Shown here: one piece after another, positions 1 through 10,425 of the stretch
How positions within the stretch are numbered: position 1 is the stretch's first letter
How the letters are laid out: each line of letters opens with the position of its first letter
Assembly (NCBI GenBank): GCA_965197585.1
Contig: OZ240215.1
Span: 2,880,001-2,944,000 of the forward strand
Length of the DNA: 64,000 nucleotides
Direction of reading: 5' to 3'
DNA from: Dehalococcoidia bacterium
GTDB lineage: Bacteria > Chloroflexota > Dehalococcoidia > Plut-88900
Made by a program: the position numbers and the translations under genes
The notes under the pieces: generated by a model
Told to the model about the DNA's origin: nothing
Seen by the model: only the letters and a program-made list of their open reading frames with translations
Databases searched by the model: none

Positions 1-104
1 CGGATTCCGGAGGAGGTCGGGGCTGATGGCACGGTTGTATGTGAGCGAAATAGGGGAATCGGGGTAAGGTTGACCGGTGTAGAGGGTGGGGGTAGGGTGG
101 GCGG

Positions 105-1784
105 ATGAAAATCGTGTCAGTGGCGGCTATGACGCTGCTAGTTGCACTTGTTGGGTGCTCCTCCCCTGTGGAAGTCTCCCCTCCCACCCCTAACACGGTC
201 AGGGCCGCGGAGACGGCGATGGCAGAGGCGCAGCCTACTGCAACGCCCACCGCACCGATTGATGTCAACGCTACGATAGAGGCAGGGGTGGCGGCGACAA
301 TGGTTGCCGTTCCGCTTACGCCAATTCCCGCACCCACGCCGGTTCCAACGCCAGCGCCAACAAGCACACCTGATCCTACAGCTGTGCCTTCTCCGACACC
401 CATACCTACACCTGTGCCTACGCCCACTCCCATACCTACTCCAATCCCTACACCGACTCCGACCCCTATACCAACGCCCGTCGTGCCCCCTACCCCAGCC
501 GACTTAGTTAGACGGGTTGAGGATGGTGTAGTCAGGGTGACTGCCGGGCGCAAAGGGGGGTCAGGATTCATCTTTGATACCGAAGGAAATACTGCCTTTG
601 TGGTCACCGCCCATCATGTTATAGAAGATGAAGATGCAATAGACGTGCTGGTAGAGAACTCCCGTACGTACAAGGCCACCCTTTTGGGCTACGATTCGGA
701 CGAAGACGTAGCCGTAATGTCGATATGCTGCAGTTCCACTTTCCAAGTCCTTTCATGGGACTCCGGGGCTTCCGCCGAGATGGGTGATCAGGTGGTGGCA
801 GTTGGATATCCCCGCGGCTCCTCAACTATGGTCACGGCCACTATCGGCCAAATGAAGAACGATTGGGTCGCTGACGTAGTTGCAAACATTGCCCACAATG
901 CTCCCCTAAATCCGGGAAACAGCGGCGGGCCTCTTTTCTCGACAAAGGGAGAGGTGTTAGGTATCAACACTGCCTCATCAACAAGGACGGAAGGGCTATT
1001 CTACGCGGTCCCATACATAGCCATTGCACACAAAGTCGCCGATTGGAAGTCCCGCTTAGTAGTCACAGGAGAACCTTGGCCAACCCCAACGCCCACACCG
1101 GTACCCACACTCACACCTGTCCCCACCCCTATCCCCGTCTGTCCGTCAGGACCCAGCGAACGTAATAAAACGACATTCTATAGTCTTACGGGAAATTCAA
1201 TGGCTGCACAAATGGCTTGGGATACTGGTGTTTTTATTGCTACTCAGTTGGGCATAAAAGAGAACATATGCGAATATGTTGATGCCATTAATTCGGCGCA
1301 GCTTTTGGCGCTCAAGCAGGCAAGACTATTTAACATCAATGACTTATATACATTCGCTAACATGCTCTCACCACAATTCCATACATCTGAAAATCTGGAT
1401 CACCTACTCTGGCCGTTTAGCAACTCATTACCCACGTACCTTGGCGGCAATCGCCCTAAAGCAGAAGCTTTTCTATACTCAGAGGGAGGGACGAAATCAA
1501 GGGGGTGGATCAGGCTTACACTAGATCATAAGGTGGTGAGTCATCTATCAATATTCAGGATGCGGAAATTTAGCAGTAGAGCAGACTACGCTAGTCGAAT
1601 TGGCCCATCCTTAGATTACATCGTAGCGGGGTACACAACCAGCGCGGAGAGCGTGCCTTATGGTATTCCTGAAGATATTGTAGGCATTGTACTAAATGAG
1701 GAAGAGTCAGTCCTATACATACATGAAGATAATTGGAATGAGGGCAATGTGTTAGAAATAGGCTATGACGCTCTCCTTGATTAA
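105..1784 (+). CDS. Trypsin-like (S1C) serine protease lipoprotein with Pro/Thr-rich linkers and an unknown C-terminal domain
   Basis: Lipobox LVGC; PTPTP repeats; catalytic motifs TAHHV, DVAV and GNSGGP. Confidence 0.88.
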   Translation: MKIVSVAAMTLLVALVGCSSPVEVSPPTPNTVRAAETAMAEAQPTATPTAPIDVNATIEAGVAATMVAVPLTPIPAPTPVPTPAPTSTPDPTAVPSPTPIPTPVPTPTPIPTPIPTPTPTPIPTPVVPPTPADLVRRVEDGVVRVTAGRKGGSGFIFDTEGNTAFVVTAHHVIEDEDAIDVLVENSRTYKATLLGYDSDEDVAVMSICCSSTFQVLSWDSGASAEMGDQVVAVGYPRGSSTMVTATIGQMKNDWVADVVANIAHNAPLNPGNSGGPLFSTKGEVLGINTASSTRTEGLFYAVPYIAIAHKVADWKSRLVVTGEPWPTPTPTPVPTLTPVPTPIPVCPSGPSERNKTTFYSLTGNSMAAQMAWDTGVFIATQLGIKENICEYVDAINSAQLLALKQARLFNINDLYTFANMLSPQFHTSENLDHLLWPFSNSLPTYLGGNRPKAEAFLYSEGGTKSRGWIRLTLDHKVVSHLSIFRMRKFSSRADYASRIGPSLDYIVAGYTTSAESVPYGIPEDIVGIVLNEEESVLYIHEDNWNEGNVLEIGYDALLD

Positions 1785-1851
1785 GTCCCTTTATTTTTAA
1801 TTGCTTTATGCCTGACAGATTTTCGGGGGAGAACCCCACCTTGTTTCAATT

Positions 1852-1886
1852 GAGACATCAAAAATGCGTTGCATTTTTGATGTCTC
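1852..1886. repeat. Perfect 16-bp inverted repeat (hairpin, possible terminator)
   Basis: GAGACATCAAAAATGC-GTT-GCATTTTTGATGTCTC downstream of the protease gene. Confidence 0.7.
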
Positions 1887-2216
1887 TTTACCAAGTGGAG
1901 AGGGCATAAATTTTCTCCGCACCCAAAAAGAATCCTCTGTCGCTAGAAAGTGATGGATAAAAAAATTTTGGAGGGAGCGAATTTTACCGAACTTTTTGCT
2001 CGCGCAAAGAACTTTTCGCAAAGGCGACAAATTCTGGGCAATAACTGAACTGTGCAAAACTTTTTTTACACGAATTTGACACCCTGCCGATACATGATAG
2101 CCTCGAATGGATAGCCCAGTATGAAGAGGCTTGACATGCCCTTCTGCAGAGAATCCAAAGCCGTGAACCGATGAAGGCTGACCGCAGAGAAAGATGCAAC
2201 GGAACAGGAAAAACAC

Positions 2217-2669
2217 ATGGTTAGGGGAACACCATCGCAACATAGTTGGGAGGAAGAGTATCAAGGAATCATCCTGCACTTGGAAACCGTGCGTCAAAAG
2301 GAAGCTTGGGAATCCCTATCAGCTAGGAAAATGAAGGGAGTTCTCTATGATGCCCAGTGTGCTGTCGAAGAGTCTGAGAAATCAGGCAAGAAGATGGTGA
2401 TCTGTGGTGGCTGTGGTAGAGTGCTTGAACCAGAGTACATGGAGTTGGATCACATAACCCCAAAAGCACAGCGTGGCAAGCACGACATTACCAACCGGAT
2501 TCTGCTTTGTCGGCCATGCAATCTACGCAAAGGCACACACCTTACTCTGATAGGATTACTTAAAGAGAACAAGACGCGGAGATGGTTGCAGGACGAGAAG
2601 CTAGCTAAACTTGCACAAGACAGGGCTTGGGCCATAGCCGACATAGTGCGAGATATAAACTTCCACTAA
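2217..2669 (+). CDS. HNH endonuclease (zinc-binding, McrA-like)
   Basis: CGGC...ELDHITPK...N...LCRPCN motif. Confidence 0.82.
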   Translation: MVRGTPSQHSWEEEYQGIILHLETVRQKEAWESLSARKMKGVLYDAQCAVEESEKSGKKMVICGGCGRVLEPEYMELDHITPKAQRGKHDITNRILLCRPCNLRKGTHLTLIGLLKENKTRRWLQDEKLAKLAQDRAWAIADIVRDINFH

Positions 2670-2742
2670 ACTGTAAGTGTTATTAACAATTTAGCCTACT
2701 CAATGCCCCTAATTCGGTGCGGGAGACGGAGGGACCCCGCCC

Positions 2743-2770
2743 CAGATTCCTCGCGGGGCCTCGGAATAAC
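2743..2770 (-). repeat. Family C palindromic repeat (GTYATTCCGAGGCCCCGCGAGGAATCT)
   Basis: Same motif at 18574, 20032, 20151 and 60826. Confidence 0.75.
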
Positions 2771-2833
2771 AGTAAAGTAATCGGGCGGCTGGATTGTCCA
2801 GCCGCCCGATTGTTCTTACCTTGGAAGGGGAGA

Positions 2834-2876
2834 TTTCACCCTCACCCTAGCCCTCTCCCGTCAAGGGAGAGGGGAC
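2834..2876 (+). repeat. Family A repeat (TTTCACCCTCACCCTAGCCCTCTCCC..GGGAGAGGGG)
   Basis: Near-identical copies at 4061, 12672, 13094 and 63321, plus an inverted copy near 40276. Confidence 0.85.
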
Positions 2877-2886
2877 GGGAAAGAGT

Positions 2887-4020
2887 CTACAGGCCTATGG
2901 CGTCTGCGACTTTTTCTTTGTGGTAGTCGGCGTCTCCGAAGAAGAGCTCGGCCTGCTTGGCCCTTCGGAAGAAGAGCTGCATGTCGTGCTCCTTGGTGAA
3001 GCCGATGCCACCGTGTACCTGGTGTCCCAGCGCTGCAACCCGGCGGCAAGCTTCGCTTACCCAGGCCTTGGCCATCGAGACCTCGCGGTCGCACTCCAGG
3101 CCCTCGCTCATGCGCCAGGCGGCCTGGTAGGTGATGAACCGAGACCCGTCAACGTCGGTGGCCATGTTGGCGCAGTGGTGCTGGACGGCTTGGAAGCTCC
3201 CGATGGGCCGACCAAACTGCACCCTGTTCTTGGCGTAGTCGACGGCTATCTCCAGCACCTGCTGGGAGTTGCCGACCATCTCGGCGCACTTGCCGACGGC
3301 GCCCCTGCGGAGGGCTTGCTCGACTATCGGCCAGCCCTCGTCGACGTCGCCCAAGACGTTGGTCCTCGGCACCCGGACGTCATTGAGCTCGACCTCGCAC
3401 TGCTTGTCGGAGGCGATGGTCTTGAGGACTTCGTAATTGATTCCCGCGCTCTTGGCGTCGACGATGAACGCCGTTATACCCTCGTTCGGGTCGTCGGACT
3501 CCTTGGTGCGGGCAGTGACGATGAGATAGTCGGAGACGTGGGCGTCGGGCACGAAAAGCTTGACGCCGTTGAGGATGAAGTCGTCTCCGTCTGCAACGCC
3601 GGTGACCGAGACGCCGCCCGCGTCCCAGCGGCCGCTGGGCTCGGTGTGGGCCAGTGTCATGATGGCCTGTCCCTCGGAGATCTTGGTCAGGTACTCCTGC
3701 TTCTGCTCCTCGGTTCCGGCCTCGTTAATTGCCATGCCAGCCACGACTACAGTGTAGAAGTAGGGGCCCGGGACCAGGGCCCGGCCAAACTCTTCCACGA
3801 GCACCATCAGGTCCAGGAACTCGAACCCTGCGCCGCCGTACTTTTCGGGGAAGGGCAGGCCCATGAATCCCTGTTCGACGAGCTTCTGCCACAGCTCCGG
3901 CGAGTAGCCTTTTTCATCTTCTTCCATGTCCCGCACCAGGGTCTTGGGACACTCCGCTTCGAGCATCTCCCGTGCGGTCCGCTTGAGCATTTCCTGTTCT
4001 TCGCTAAGGCCCAGGTCCAT
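2887..4020 (-). CDS. Acyl-CoA dehydrogenase, FadE27-like (beta, non-catalytic partner type)
   Basis: ACAD motifs, RVQFGRPIGSFQAVQH and HQVHGGIGFT; lacks the ..FER catalytic motif of the paralogs. Confidence 0.88.
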   Translation of the reverse strand: MDLGLSEEQEMLKRTAREMLEAECPKTLVRDMEEDEKGYSPELWQKLVEQGFMGLPFPEKYGGAGFEFLDLMVLVEEFGRALVPGPYFYTVVVAGMAINEAGTEEQKQEYLTKISEGQAIMTLAHTEPSGRWDAGGVSVTGVADGDDFILNGVKLFVPDAHVSDYLIVTARTKESDDPNEGITAFIVDAKSAGINYEVLKTIASDKQCEVELNDVRVPRTNVLGDVDEGWPIVEQALRRGAVGKCAEMVGNSQQVLEIAVDYAKNRVQFGRPIGSFQAVQHHCANMATDVDGSRFITYQAAWRMSEGLECDREVSMAKAWVSEACRRVAALGHQVHGGIGFTKEHDMQLFFRRAKQAELFFGDADYHKEKVADAIGL

Positions 4021-4060
4021 CTTGCTTCCTCCTTGCCGGTTATGGACGTATGTGTTTCCG

Positions 4061-4102
4061 TTTCACCCTCACCCTAGCCCTCTCCCTTGACGGGAGAGGG
4101 GA
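4061..4102 (+). repeat. Family A repeat
   Basis: TTTCACCCTCACCCTAGCCCTCTCCCTTGACGGGAGAGGGG. Confidence 0.85.
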
Positions 4103-4128
4103 TAACGGGTGGTTATTTGCCTATTCGA

Positions 4129-4533
4129 TTATTTTGTGGGGCTCACGATTTCGGGTCGAGTCAGGATGTCCAACAGGATCTTAACTTGGCCGACCTCGTA
4201 CTTGATTGCGCTCAGGGGAGTTGCGTCTATGTAGTAGTTCCTGTGGAGGCCGTTGGCGAGGGCAAATAGAATGCGCACCTTCTCAGGGTCTTCTGTCTCT
4301 TTGGCGAGTCTTTCCACAATGCCGTAGACCTGCACGTGCTTGTCGTACTCCCATCTCCTACGGTCGGCGATGGCCTTGATTTGATGGGCTACGGCGCCCC
4401 AAGCCTTTTCGGAGGCCTGCAGCCTGTCTCCCTTGGCCAACTCCTCTTCGGCGTGTTCCATTAACCGTCGGCTGTGGGTGGTGTACGGCTCTATGGGAAC
4501 GGCGCCCGGGGACGTGGTCTGCTGTGTAGTCAT
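4129..4533 (-). CDS. PaREP1-like HEPN-superfamily protein
   Basis: GDRLQASEKAWGA...LHRNYY motif. Confidence 0.78.
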   Translation of the reverse strand: MTTQQTTSPGAVPIEPYTTHSRRLMEHAEEELAKGDRLQASEKAWGAVAHQIKAIADRRRWEYDKHVQVYGIVERLAKETEDPEKVRILFALANGLHRNYYIDATPLSAIKYEVGQVKILLDILTRPEIVSPTK

Positions 4534-4613
4534 GATTAGTTTATCTCGGTAGTTGAGTGTGGGTCCTATATTCTACTTTATGATTCCCGCGAAGACGGGA
4601 ATCATGGGCGGGC

Positions 4614-5000
4614 TTATTTTTGAGCGAGGGACTCGGCGTCCCGGATGAAGTCGGCGGTCTCGTGGATGAGGCGTTCGGTCTCGTCAGTGGGATCGCACAG
4701 CCCCGTGTAGAAGCATTCGCCATGCAGGAGCGCCTGCCTAGTGAAGTAACGGTCATGCAATGACCGAGTCTGCGGGTCAGCGGCCGCCAGCCGACGCAAG
4801 CCCCTGCTTGTATCCGGTGACCTTGGGGGAAGCTTGCCGGTGCGCGTAAGGATAAGGGCCTCGGCGGCGCGGAGAGTGGCACACCAGGCTTTTTCGGCAG
4901 CGTCCCGGATGTCATCGTCGGCCATGCGGGCCAGTGCCGCGCTGTGCATGCGCCGGGCATCGTCGAATATGATGTGAGGGCTAGCCTCGGTGGTGGTCAT
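4614..5000 (-). CDS. PaREP1/HEPN-like protein
   Basis: DIRDAAEKAWCA...LHGECFY motif. Confidence 0.7.
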   Translation of the reverse strand: MTTTEASPHIIFDDARRMHSAALARMADDDIRDAAEKAWCATLRAAEALILTRTGKLPPRSPDTSRGLRRLAAADPQTRSLHDRYFTRQALLHGECFYTGLCDPTDETERLIHETADFIRDAESLAQK

Positions 5001-5353
5001 GGGTCGGATTATAGCACGGGGGGATTCACACTACGACGAGGGCGGGCCCACCATAGGCGGATGTGCCACAGCGACAGCATGGGTGGTGGGTGGGGATGGA
5101 TAACGGCGGAGGCAGGAATGCGGCGACACCGCAGAAAGGTTAACTTAACGCATCTGAGGCTTCGTGAGTGAATCAAACCAAACTTGGGTTTGGAGAGGAT
5201 TGCATTGAGCCGACGTAGATTGCCAAATCCAAGTCTTGTTCTAAATTGCGGTTTCAGGAATAGTTCTCCCATACTTGTGGGATGTCCCGGTGGTTTGACT
5301 AGACTTAAACAATATGCGAGCCTTACCGTGGCATCGACATAGGAGATGAATGT

Positions 5354-6535
5354 ATGACCATGAGGAATTCGAATACTCTGAGATTGCCCGATAGCATCAA
5401 AACCACCAAGGCGCGAGCGGTAATTCTCCTTGTTGGATTGTTCACCCTATGTTGGATAGTCATTGGACTGATATCACTCCGGTTTGAACTAACAGCGGAC
5501 TGGGCGGCCCTGCTCTACACGCAATTGATTATCTTAGGAGTTGTTTTCACCTTCTTAGCTAATGCGCATGTCATGAAATCGGGCGGTTTCAACAGAGGTC
5601 GGCCTGGGACAGTATGGCAAGTCACCTCATATAGTCCTGTTTTGTGGGCAGGGATTGCCATCGTCGGTTTGTTGATGGTCATATGGCCCGTGTGGGTATC
5701 CTTCGCTAGCGCAGAGCCTAAGGTACTACTAAAAGTCATGTTTTCCCTGATCACCATCGGCATAGGCGGCACCTACGCCGGGTTCGTGTCTTTAGCGAAT
5801 GCAAAAGGGCCACATCAAAGGTACCAGCGGTATATCTCGTGGTTGACGTATGCATTGATTGTCCTCGTAGCAGTGGAGGTGCTAGACACCCTATGGATAC
5901 AGGCAGGAACACTCTCGGGTGAGGATATTGGTGAGAGGTTTGGCTGGATCGGGTCGGCAGTAGTACCGACGGTAGTCATTTATGGAATAGTTGGATACGC
6001 TATGGCACGGGGAGTAAAGACCGAAAGATCCCGCACCATCGCACTTATCTGGTATTTTCTTGCCGGAGTTGCCGGATTCACTCTGGCAACTTGGTCGCTA
6101 TGGGATACTCTCGGAGCAAGTGCATTTCGCCTGGTCCTGGGCGCAACTGTCCTTCTTGTTATCTGCAGCGTCGGCCTATCATTACTAAATTATTACAACT
6201 CCAGAAAACCAGAGCAGGCGTTGGGAGTCCCCGCCAGCCCTTCCCCAAATGAGGAGCCCCTGGCTCTATATCGCAAGCGTCCAACGCCAGTTGTCGCCGC
6301 CAGCCCCTCCCCAAATGAGGAGCCTCCGACTCGCGAGCCCAATCTGGACGACCCTTACAGCCCGGAAAATCCTTACAGTCCGCATCACCACCAGAGCGGC
6401 GAATCCGGACAGGTCGGAACACAAGAACGAACAGCCACTTCTGAAGCGGTGAATTGTCCGCGTTGTAATGCCTTGGTTTCTCCTACGGCAAACTTCTGCC
6501 GCTCCTGTGGCACTAGAATTGCTGAAAAGGAATAA
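5354..6535 (+). CDS. Multi-pass membrane protein with C-terminal zinc ribbon
   Basis: About 8 hydrophobic segments; CPRC..FCRSCG; internal ASPSPNEEP duplication; RBS AGGAG. Confidence 0.75.
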   Translation: MTMRNSNTLRLPDSIKTTKARAVILLVGLFTLCWIVIGLISLRFELTADWAALLYTQLIILGVVFTFLANAHVMKSGGFNRGRPGTVWQVTSYSPVLWAGIAIVGLLMVIWPVWVSFASAEPKVLLKVMFSLITIGIGGTYAGFVSLANAKGPHQRYQRYISWLTYALIVLVAVEVLDTLWIQAGTLSGEDIGERFGWIGSAVVPTVVIYGIVGYAMARGVKTERSRTIALIWYFLAGVAGFTLATWSLWDTLGASAFRLVLGATVLLVICSVGLSLLNYYNSRKPEQALGVPASPSPNEEPLALYRKRPTPVVAASPSPNEEPPTREPNLDDPYSPENPYSPHHHQSGESGQVGTQERTATSEAVNCPRCNALVSPTANFCRSCGTRIAEKE

Positions 6536-6737
6536 GGCGCGTTTCCTCTGCTGGAGCGACGGCAGGACAGGCAAGGGGTGGCCGTTCCATGACCGGTGTT
6601 ACCTGGCCGTTGCGAGTAAGCAATATGCAACGTAACCGGCAAGAGCACCAGGTGACGAGTTCCAGTCAGCACACCAAGTATAACGGTGCGACTACCAACG
6701 CCCCGAATATGCCGATTCAGGCGATTAGTGAGGACAC

Positions 6738-7352
6738 ATGAATTTTACGGAATCAATTAAGGTGTGTTTCTCAAAATACGCTGTCTTCAGCGGGAGGGCA
6801 CAGCGTTCGGAATTCTGGTGGTTCTTCCTCTTCTCAGCTGTTTCATCGGCCATCGCTGGCATTGTTCCCGTTATCGGTCAGATTTATCCGCTGGTCTTGC
6901 TCATCCCGTCTCTGTCAGTGTCGGCGCGACGGCTACATGACACTGGCCGTTCTGCCTGGTGGCTCCTGCTATACTTCGGCTCCATCCTGGCGATTGGAAT
7001 AGCAATTGCAGCATTCGCCGTAGCAGCGGTCTTTTCGTTCGACACGGGCAATGATGGAGCGGCCTCGAGCATTGCCTTGATAGGAATAGTCAGTTTATTC
7101 ATTGCCCTGGGATGCTCAATAGCGCCGCTAATCTTCTATATTCTTCCGGGAACCGTCGGACCCAACCGGTACGGACCAGATCCACTGCATCCGGAGCCAG
7201 GGGTATGGAGCGCCGGCGAAGCTGCCCGCTACTCGGCACCATTAGATCCGATGTCGAAACCAGCACCCGAGGGAACGTTGTTCTGCTCCCAATGTGGGGT
7301 CCTCCTGCCAGGAGACTCGGGTTTCTGCCCAAGCTGCGGCACGGCGGTTTGA
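6738..7352 (+). CDS. DUF805 (YhaH-like) membrane protein with zinc ribbon
   Basis: FSGRAQRSEFWWF, RRLHDTGRS and GPNRYGPDP motifs; C-terminal CSQC..CPSC. Confidence 0.88.
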   Translation: MNFTESIKVCFSKYAVFSGRAQRSEFWWFFLFSAVSSAIAGIVPVIGQIYPLVLLIPSLSVSARRLHDTGRSAWWLLLYFGSILAIGIAIAAFAVAAVFSFDTGNDGAASSIALIGIVSLFIALGCSIAPLIFYILPGTVGPNRYGPDPLHPEPGVWSAGEAARYSAPLDPMSKPAPEGTLFCSQCGVLLPGDSGFCPSCGTAV

Positions 7353-7513
7353 TGCGTCGACACCCATTCCACTCTTGAGACCCCCTTCGACGGGTTCGGC
7401 GCTGACCTATCTGGGGAATGCGGGAGAAAGCCTTGGGTTCAGGTTGGTGGTGAAGTACGGGTCGGGTGCCGGGGTTACCTCGGAGGCGGTGTCGGTCACC
7501 TGGCCGTAGGGGG

Positions 7514-8692
7514 CTAAGCGCCCCTGGGGAGGCCGAGGCCCCGGGTGGCGATTATGTTCTTCTGTATCTCGCTGGTTCCGCCGGCTATATTAACGCCAAT
7601 GGTTTCAAGGTACATATGCCTCATGCCGCCTTCAAGCGCTGCGTACTTGGAATCGGCTCTCAGCTGGCCGGTCAGGCCCATTACCTGCATGCCGGTTTCG
7701 CTGAATCTCCTGAGCATGGCCGTGCTGTAGACCTTGGCGATGGAGCCTGCGTCGTCGGGGGAGTGGCCCTGGGTGGCAAGCCAGGCGACCCGGTAACAGA
7801 GCATACGCGAGACCTCGATGTCGATGGCGGCGTCGGCGAGCTTGTTCCTGACGCGGAGGTCGTCTATCAGCCGTGAGCCGTTGGACCGGGTCTCCTTGGC
7901 GTAGTCGATAAGCTCTTCCAAAGCGCGTCGGGCGGCGGCCGGCCACTCGACGGTGGAGCGTTCGAAGCCGAGAAGGGTCATGGCCACATACCAGCCTCGG
8001 TTCACCTCGCCAACGATTTCCGCCTTGTTGACGCGGACGTTGTCGAAGAAGACCTCGTTGAAGGAGTGTCGGCCCGTGGCGCTGACGATGGGCCTGACCT
8101 CGACGCCCGGGTCGGACATGTCACCGAGAAAGAAGGTGATGCCGCGGTGCTTGGGGGCCTCGGGATTGGTGCGGGCGAGCATGAAGAATCGGTCGGCATG
8201 GTGGGCACCGCTGGTCCATATCTTCTGGCCGGAGATCACGAAGTCGTCACCATCCTCGACGGCGCGGGTCTGGAGGGAGGCGAGGTCGGAGCCTGAGCCC
8301 GGCTCGCTGAAGCCCTGGCACCAGTTGATCCGGCCCTCGGCGATGGCGGGGAGGTACTTGCGCTTCTGCTCCTCGGTGCCGTGCATCATCAGCGCGGGCC
8401 CGAGCATGCCGATGCCGAAGGCGTCTTTGCCCGGGGCTCGGTAGTAGGCCATCTCCTCGTTGAAGACGAGTTGGGTAATGGGCGAGGCGTCCTGACCGCC
8501 ATATTCCTTGGGCCAGCCCATAGTGAGCCAGCCGCGGTCGGCGAGCTTGCGGCGCATGGCCCTAGCCACATCCGAGTCTTCGTCCGCCGTCTCGATGAGC
8601 CCGTAACGCCACTTGCGCGGCAGTTCGGCCTTGAGGAAGTCTCGGAGTTCTTGTCGGAAGGCCTCTTCTTCTTTTCCGAATTTGTATTGCAT
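7514..8692 (-). CDS. Acyl-CoA dehydrogenase, FadE26-like
   Basis: WCQGFSEPGSGSDLASL, FER and GGTSEIQKNIIATRGLGLPR motifs. Confidence 0.92.
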   Translation of the reverse strand: MQYKFGKEEEAFRQELRDFLKAELPRKWRYGLIETADEDSDVARAMRRKLADRGWLTMGWPKEYGGQDASPITQLVFNEEMAYYRAPGKDAFGIGMLGPALMMHGTEEQKRKYLPAIAEGRINWCQGFSEPGSGSDLASLQTRAVEDGDDFVISGQKIWTSGAHHADRFFMLARTNPEAPKHRGITFFLGDMSDPGVEVRPIVSATGRHSFNEVFFDNVRVNKAEIVGEVNRGWYVAMTLLGFERSTVEWPAAARRALEELIDYAKETRSNGSRLIDDLRVRNKLADAAIDIEVSRMLCYRVAWLATQGHSPDDAGSIAKVYSTAMLRRFSETGMQVMGLTGQLRADSKYAALEGGMRHMYLETIGVNIAGGTSEIQKNIIATRGLGLPRGA

Positions 8693-8975
8693 GGGTTGTT
8701 CCTATTCTTTCACATTGGGCACGTTGTGGCGGAATCCACGAGGAAGGGGGTCCAACTGCAAATTCGACACCCTAGGCTCTCGATATTAGCTGACATTAAA
8801 AGTTATGCAAAGGTCTCTTGACATGAGAGGGTCAGGGTTGAAAATGTGCCTTTGGAAGACTTACCTCCGGCGAACCACTGTGATCCCCGTCTTTTGTCAC
8901 TTCTCTTGCCTCAAAGTTCAACGAGATTCCAAACAGAGTTTTCATGTTCGACCAGCTATGTCAGAATAATGGTCT

Positions 8976-9677
8976 ATGAGAATCTTGGTCGCGCTTGCCG
9001 TGTCTCTATTGCTTGCGGTCGGTTGTGAACAAGGAATACTAGCCCCATCGCCAACTCCCACGACGGACATAGAGGCAACAATCGAAGTACGGGTAGCCGC
9101 GACTATAATAGCAGTCCCTACGCATACTCCCGCACCGATGCCTGTTGCCACTGCAACACCGACGCTAACTTTCACTGCGACACCGACCTATACGCCCACG
9201 CTGACGTCGATGGTAAGCGACCGCGAGATCCTAGTAGCCCTTTACATTGCCACGAATGGCCTGAACTGGACTGACAATACCAACTGGCTTAGTGACGCGC
9301 CCTTGGACGAGTGGTATGGCGTGACCACGGATTCTGGCGGACGAGTCACTGAGCTGGAACTCAGCAGCAACTTGTTGAACGGGGAGATACCGGCTGAACT
9401 AGGCAGCCTCTCCAACCTGCAATTGCTGTCGCTCTGGGGTAACCAGTTGAGCGGGGAAATACCGGCTGAACTAGGCAACCTGTCCAACCTGCAATTGCTA
9501 ACGCTCATCGATAACCCTGGACTTTCCGGTTCCTTGCCCGGCTCGTTCACCGGTCTGAGTGCGCTCATATGGTTGTATCTGTGGGATACAGAATTGTGCG
9601 CGCCCCGGGACTATGAATTTCAGGTATGGCTGCTTGGAGTCCCATCCACGGGTGGCGTCATAAACTGCGATTCTTAG
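8976..9677 (+). CDS. Leucine-rich-repeat lipoprotein (plant-receptor-like LRR)
   Basis: Lipobox AVGC; PT linker; LSGEIPAELGNLSNLQLL 24-aa repeats. Confidence 0.88.
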   Translation: MRILVALAVSLLLAVGCEQGILAPSPTPTTDIEATIEVRVAATIIAVPTHTPAPMPVATATPTLTFTATPTYTPTLTSMVSDREILVALYIATNGLNWTDNTNWLSDAPLDEWYGVTTDSGGRVTELELSSNLLNGEIPAELGSLSNLQLLSLWGNQLSGEIPAELGNLSNLQLLTLIDNPGLSGSLPGSFTGLSALIWLYLWDTELCAPRDYEFQVWLLGVPSTGGVINCDS

Positions 9678-9688
9678 AGGCGGCTATC

Positions 9689-9727
9689 CCCCCGCTCATA
9701 CTTCGACGGGGCTCAGCACGAGCGGCC
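9689..9727 (+). repeat. Family B repeat (CCCCGCTCATACTTCGAC..GCTCAGCACGAGCGG)
   Basis: Related copies near 13143, 14871, 14955, 15030, 29385, 40335 (reverse), 51744, 54670, 56740, 62200 and 63940. Confidence 0.82.
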
Positions 9728-9753
9728 CCACATCTGCTCAATTGACCGTGAGT

Positions 9754-10245
9754 TTACACCTTCGAAGACACGCATATGGCGATGCCTTCAGATTTCTCAA
9801 AATCTGCATCTGGGAGCCTGTGTATTAGTAAGGTCTTAAAGTTTGAGTCATCGTAGTTCCAGAGTTCAATTTCTTCGAATTCCGTCTGAGGGGTGGAAAA
9901 GAGGCCAGCGGCAATAGCATCGAGGATCGGTTTAATGTAGTTCTCGACATCAAAATAGTAGCTGTGGATGGCAGGGAAGAAGCTCAGTCCAATCGATATG
10001 GAATACTCGCAATGCGGGTTCCACGGCTCTTCCCCGCGCAATTTCATAACTGCTAACGCTATTTTGGCTTTCCATAATTGTTGTTTTTTCCTTCCAGTTA
10101 CACCCTCAACTATGGCGTTTACTATTGTTCCAAAAACATCCACGCATAAAGAGGATTGTAACGGATCAGTGAACTCGAGAGTGTGGATGTCCCAGACTCC
10201 GATTCGCCTTCGATTATGTGTTAAGCCACTTTGATTCTCGTTCAT
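9754..10245 (-). CDS. RusA-like endodeoxyribonuclease
   Basis: DVENYIKPILDAI...DD resembles the RusA DxDNxxKxxxDAL motif; lower GC. Confidence 0.65.
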   Translation of the reverse strand: MNENQSGLTHNRRRIGVWDIHTLEFTDPLQSSLCVDVFGTIVNAIVEGVTGRKKQQLWKAKIALAVMKLRGEEPWNPHCEYSISIGLSFFPAIHSYYFDVENYIKPILDAIAAGLFSTPQTEFEEIELWNYDDSNFKTLLIHRLPDADFEKSEGIAICVSSKV

Positions 10246-10249
10246 TCGA

Positions 10250-10333
10250 TTAACTCCCTTTCGGGAGGCCGAGGCCCCTGGTGGCGATTATATTACGTTG
10301 TATCTCCAACGTGCCTCCTCTGACGGGCTCGCT
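10250..10333 (-). pseudogene. Orphan acyl-CoA dehydrogenase 3' tail
   Basis: Translates to SEPVRGGTLEIQRNIIATRGLGLPKGS* with no upstream ACAD body. Confidence 0.85.
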
Positions 10334-10425
10334 CTCAATTCGTCCCGTCACCACTTGCTTGACGTGACTACTTCCAGGTCAGTAGGGTAGCTCTATCCGA
10401 CCGGGGAAAGACTTGTGGCATCACA

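Noticed and set aside
300-500. Short tandem repeats resembling an array
   Set aside because: They encode the Pro/Thr linker; there is no constant repeat-spacer structure, so not CRISPR
7400-7509. Possible C-terminal fragment of a surface protein (..GVTSEAVSVTWP*)
   Set aside because: Too short to assign and no start is evident
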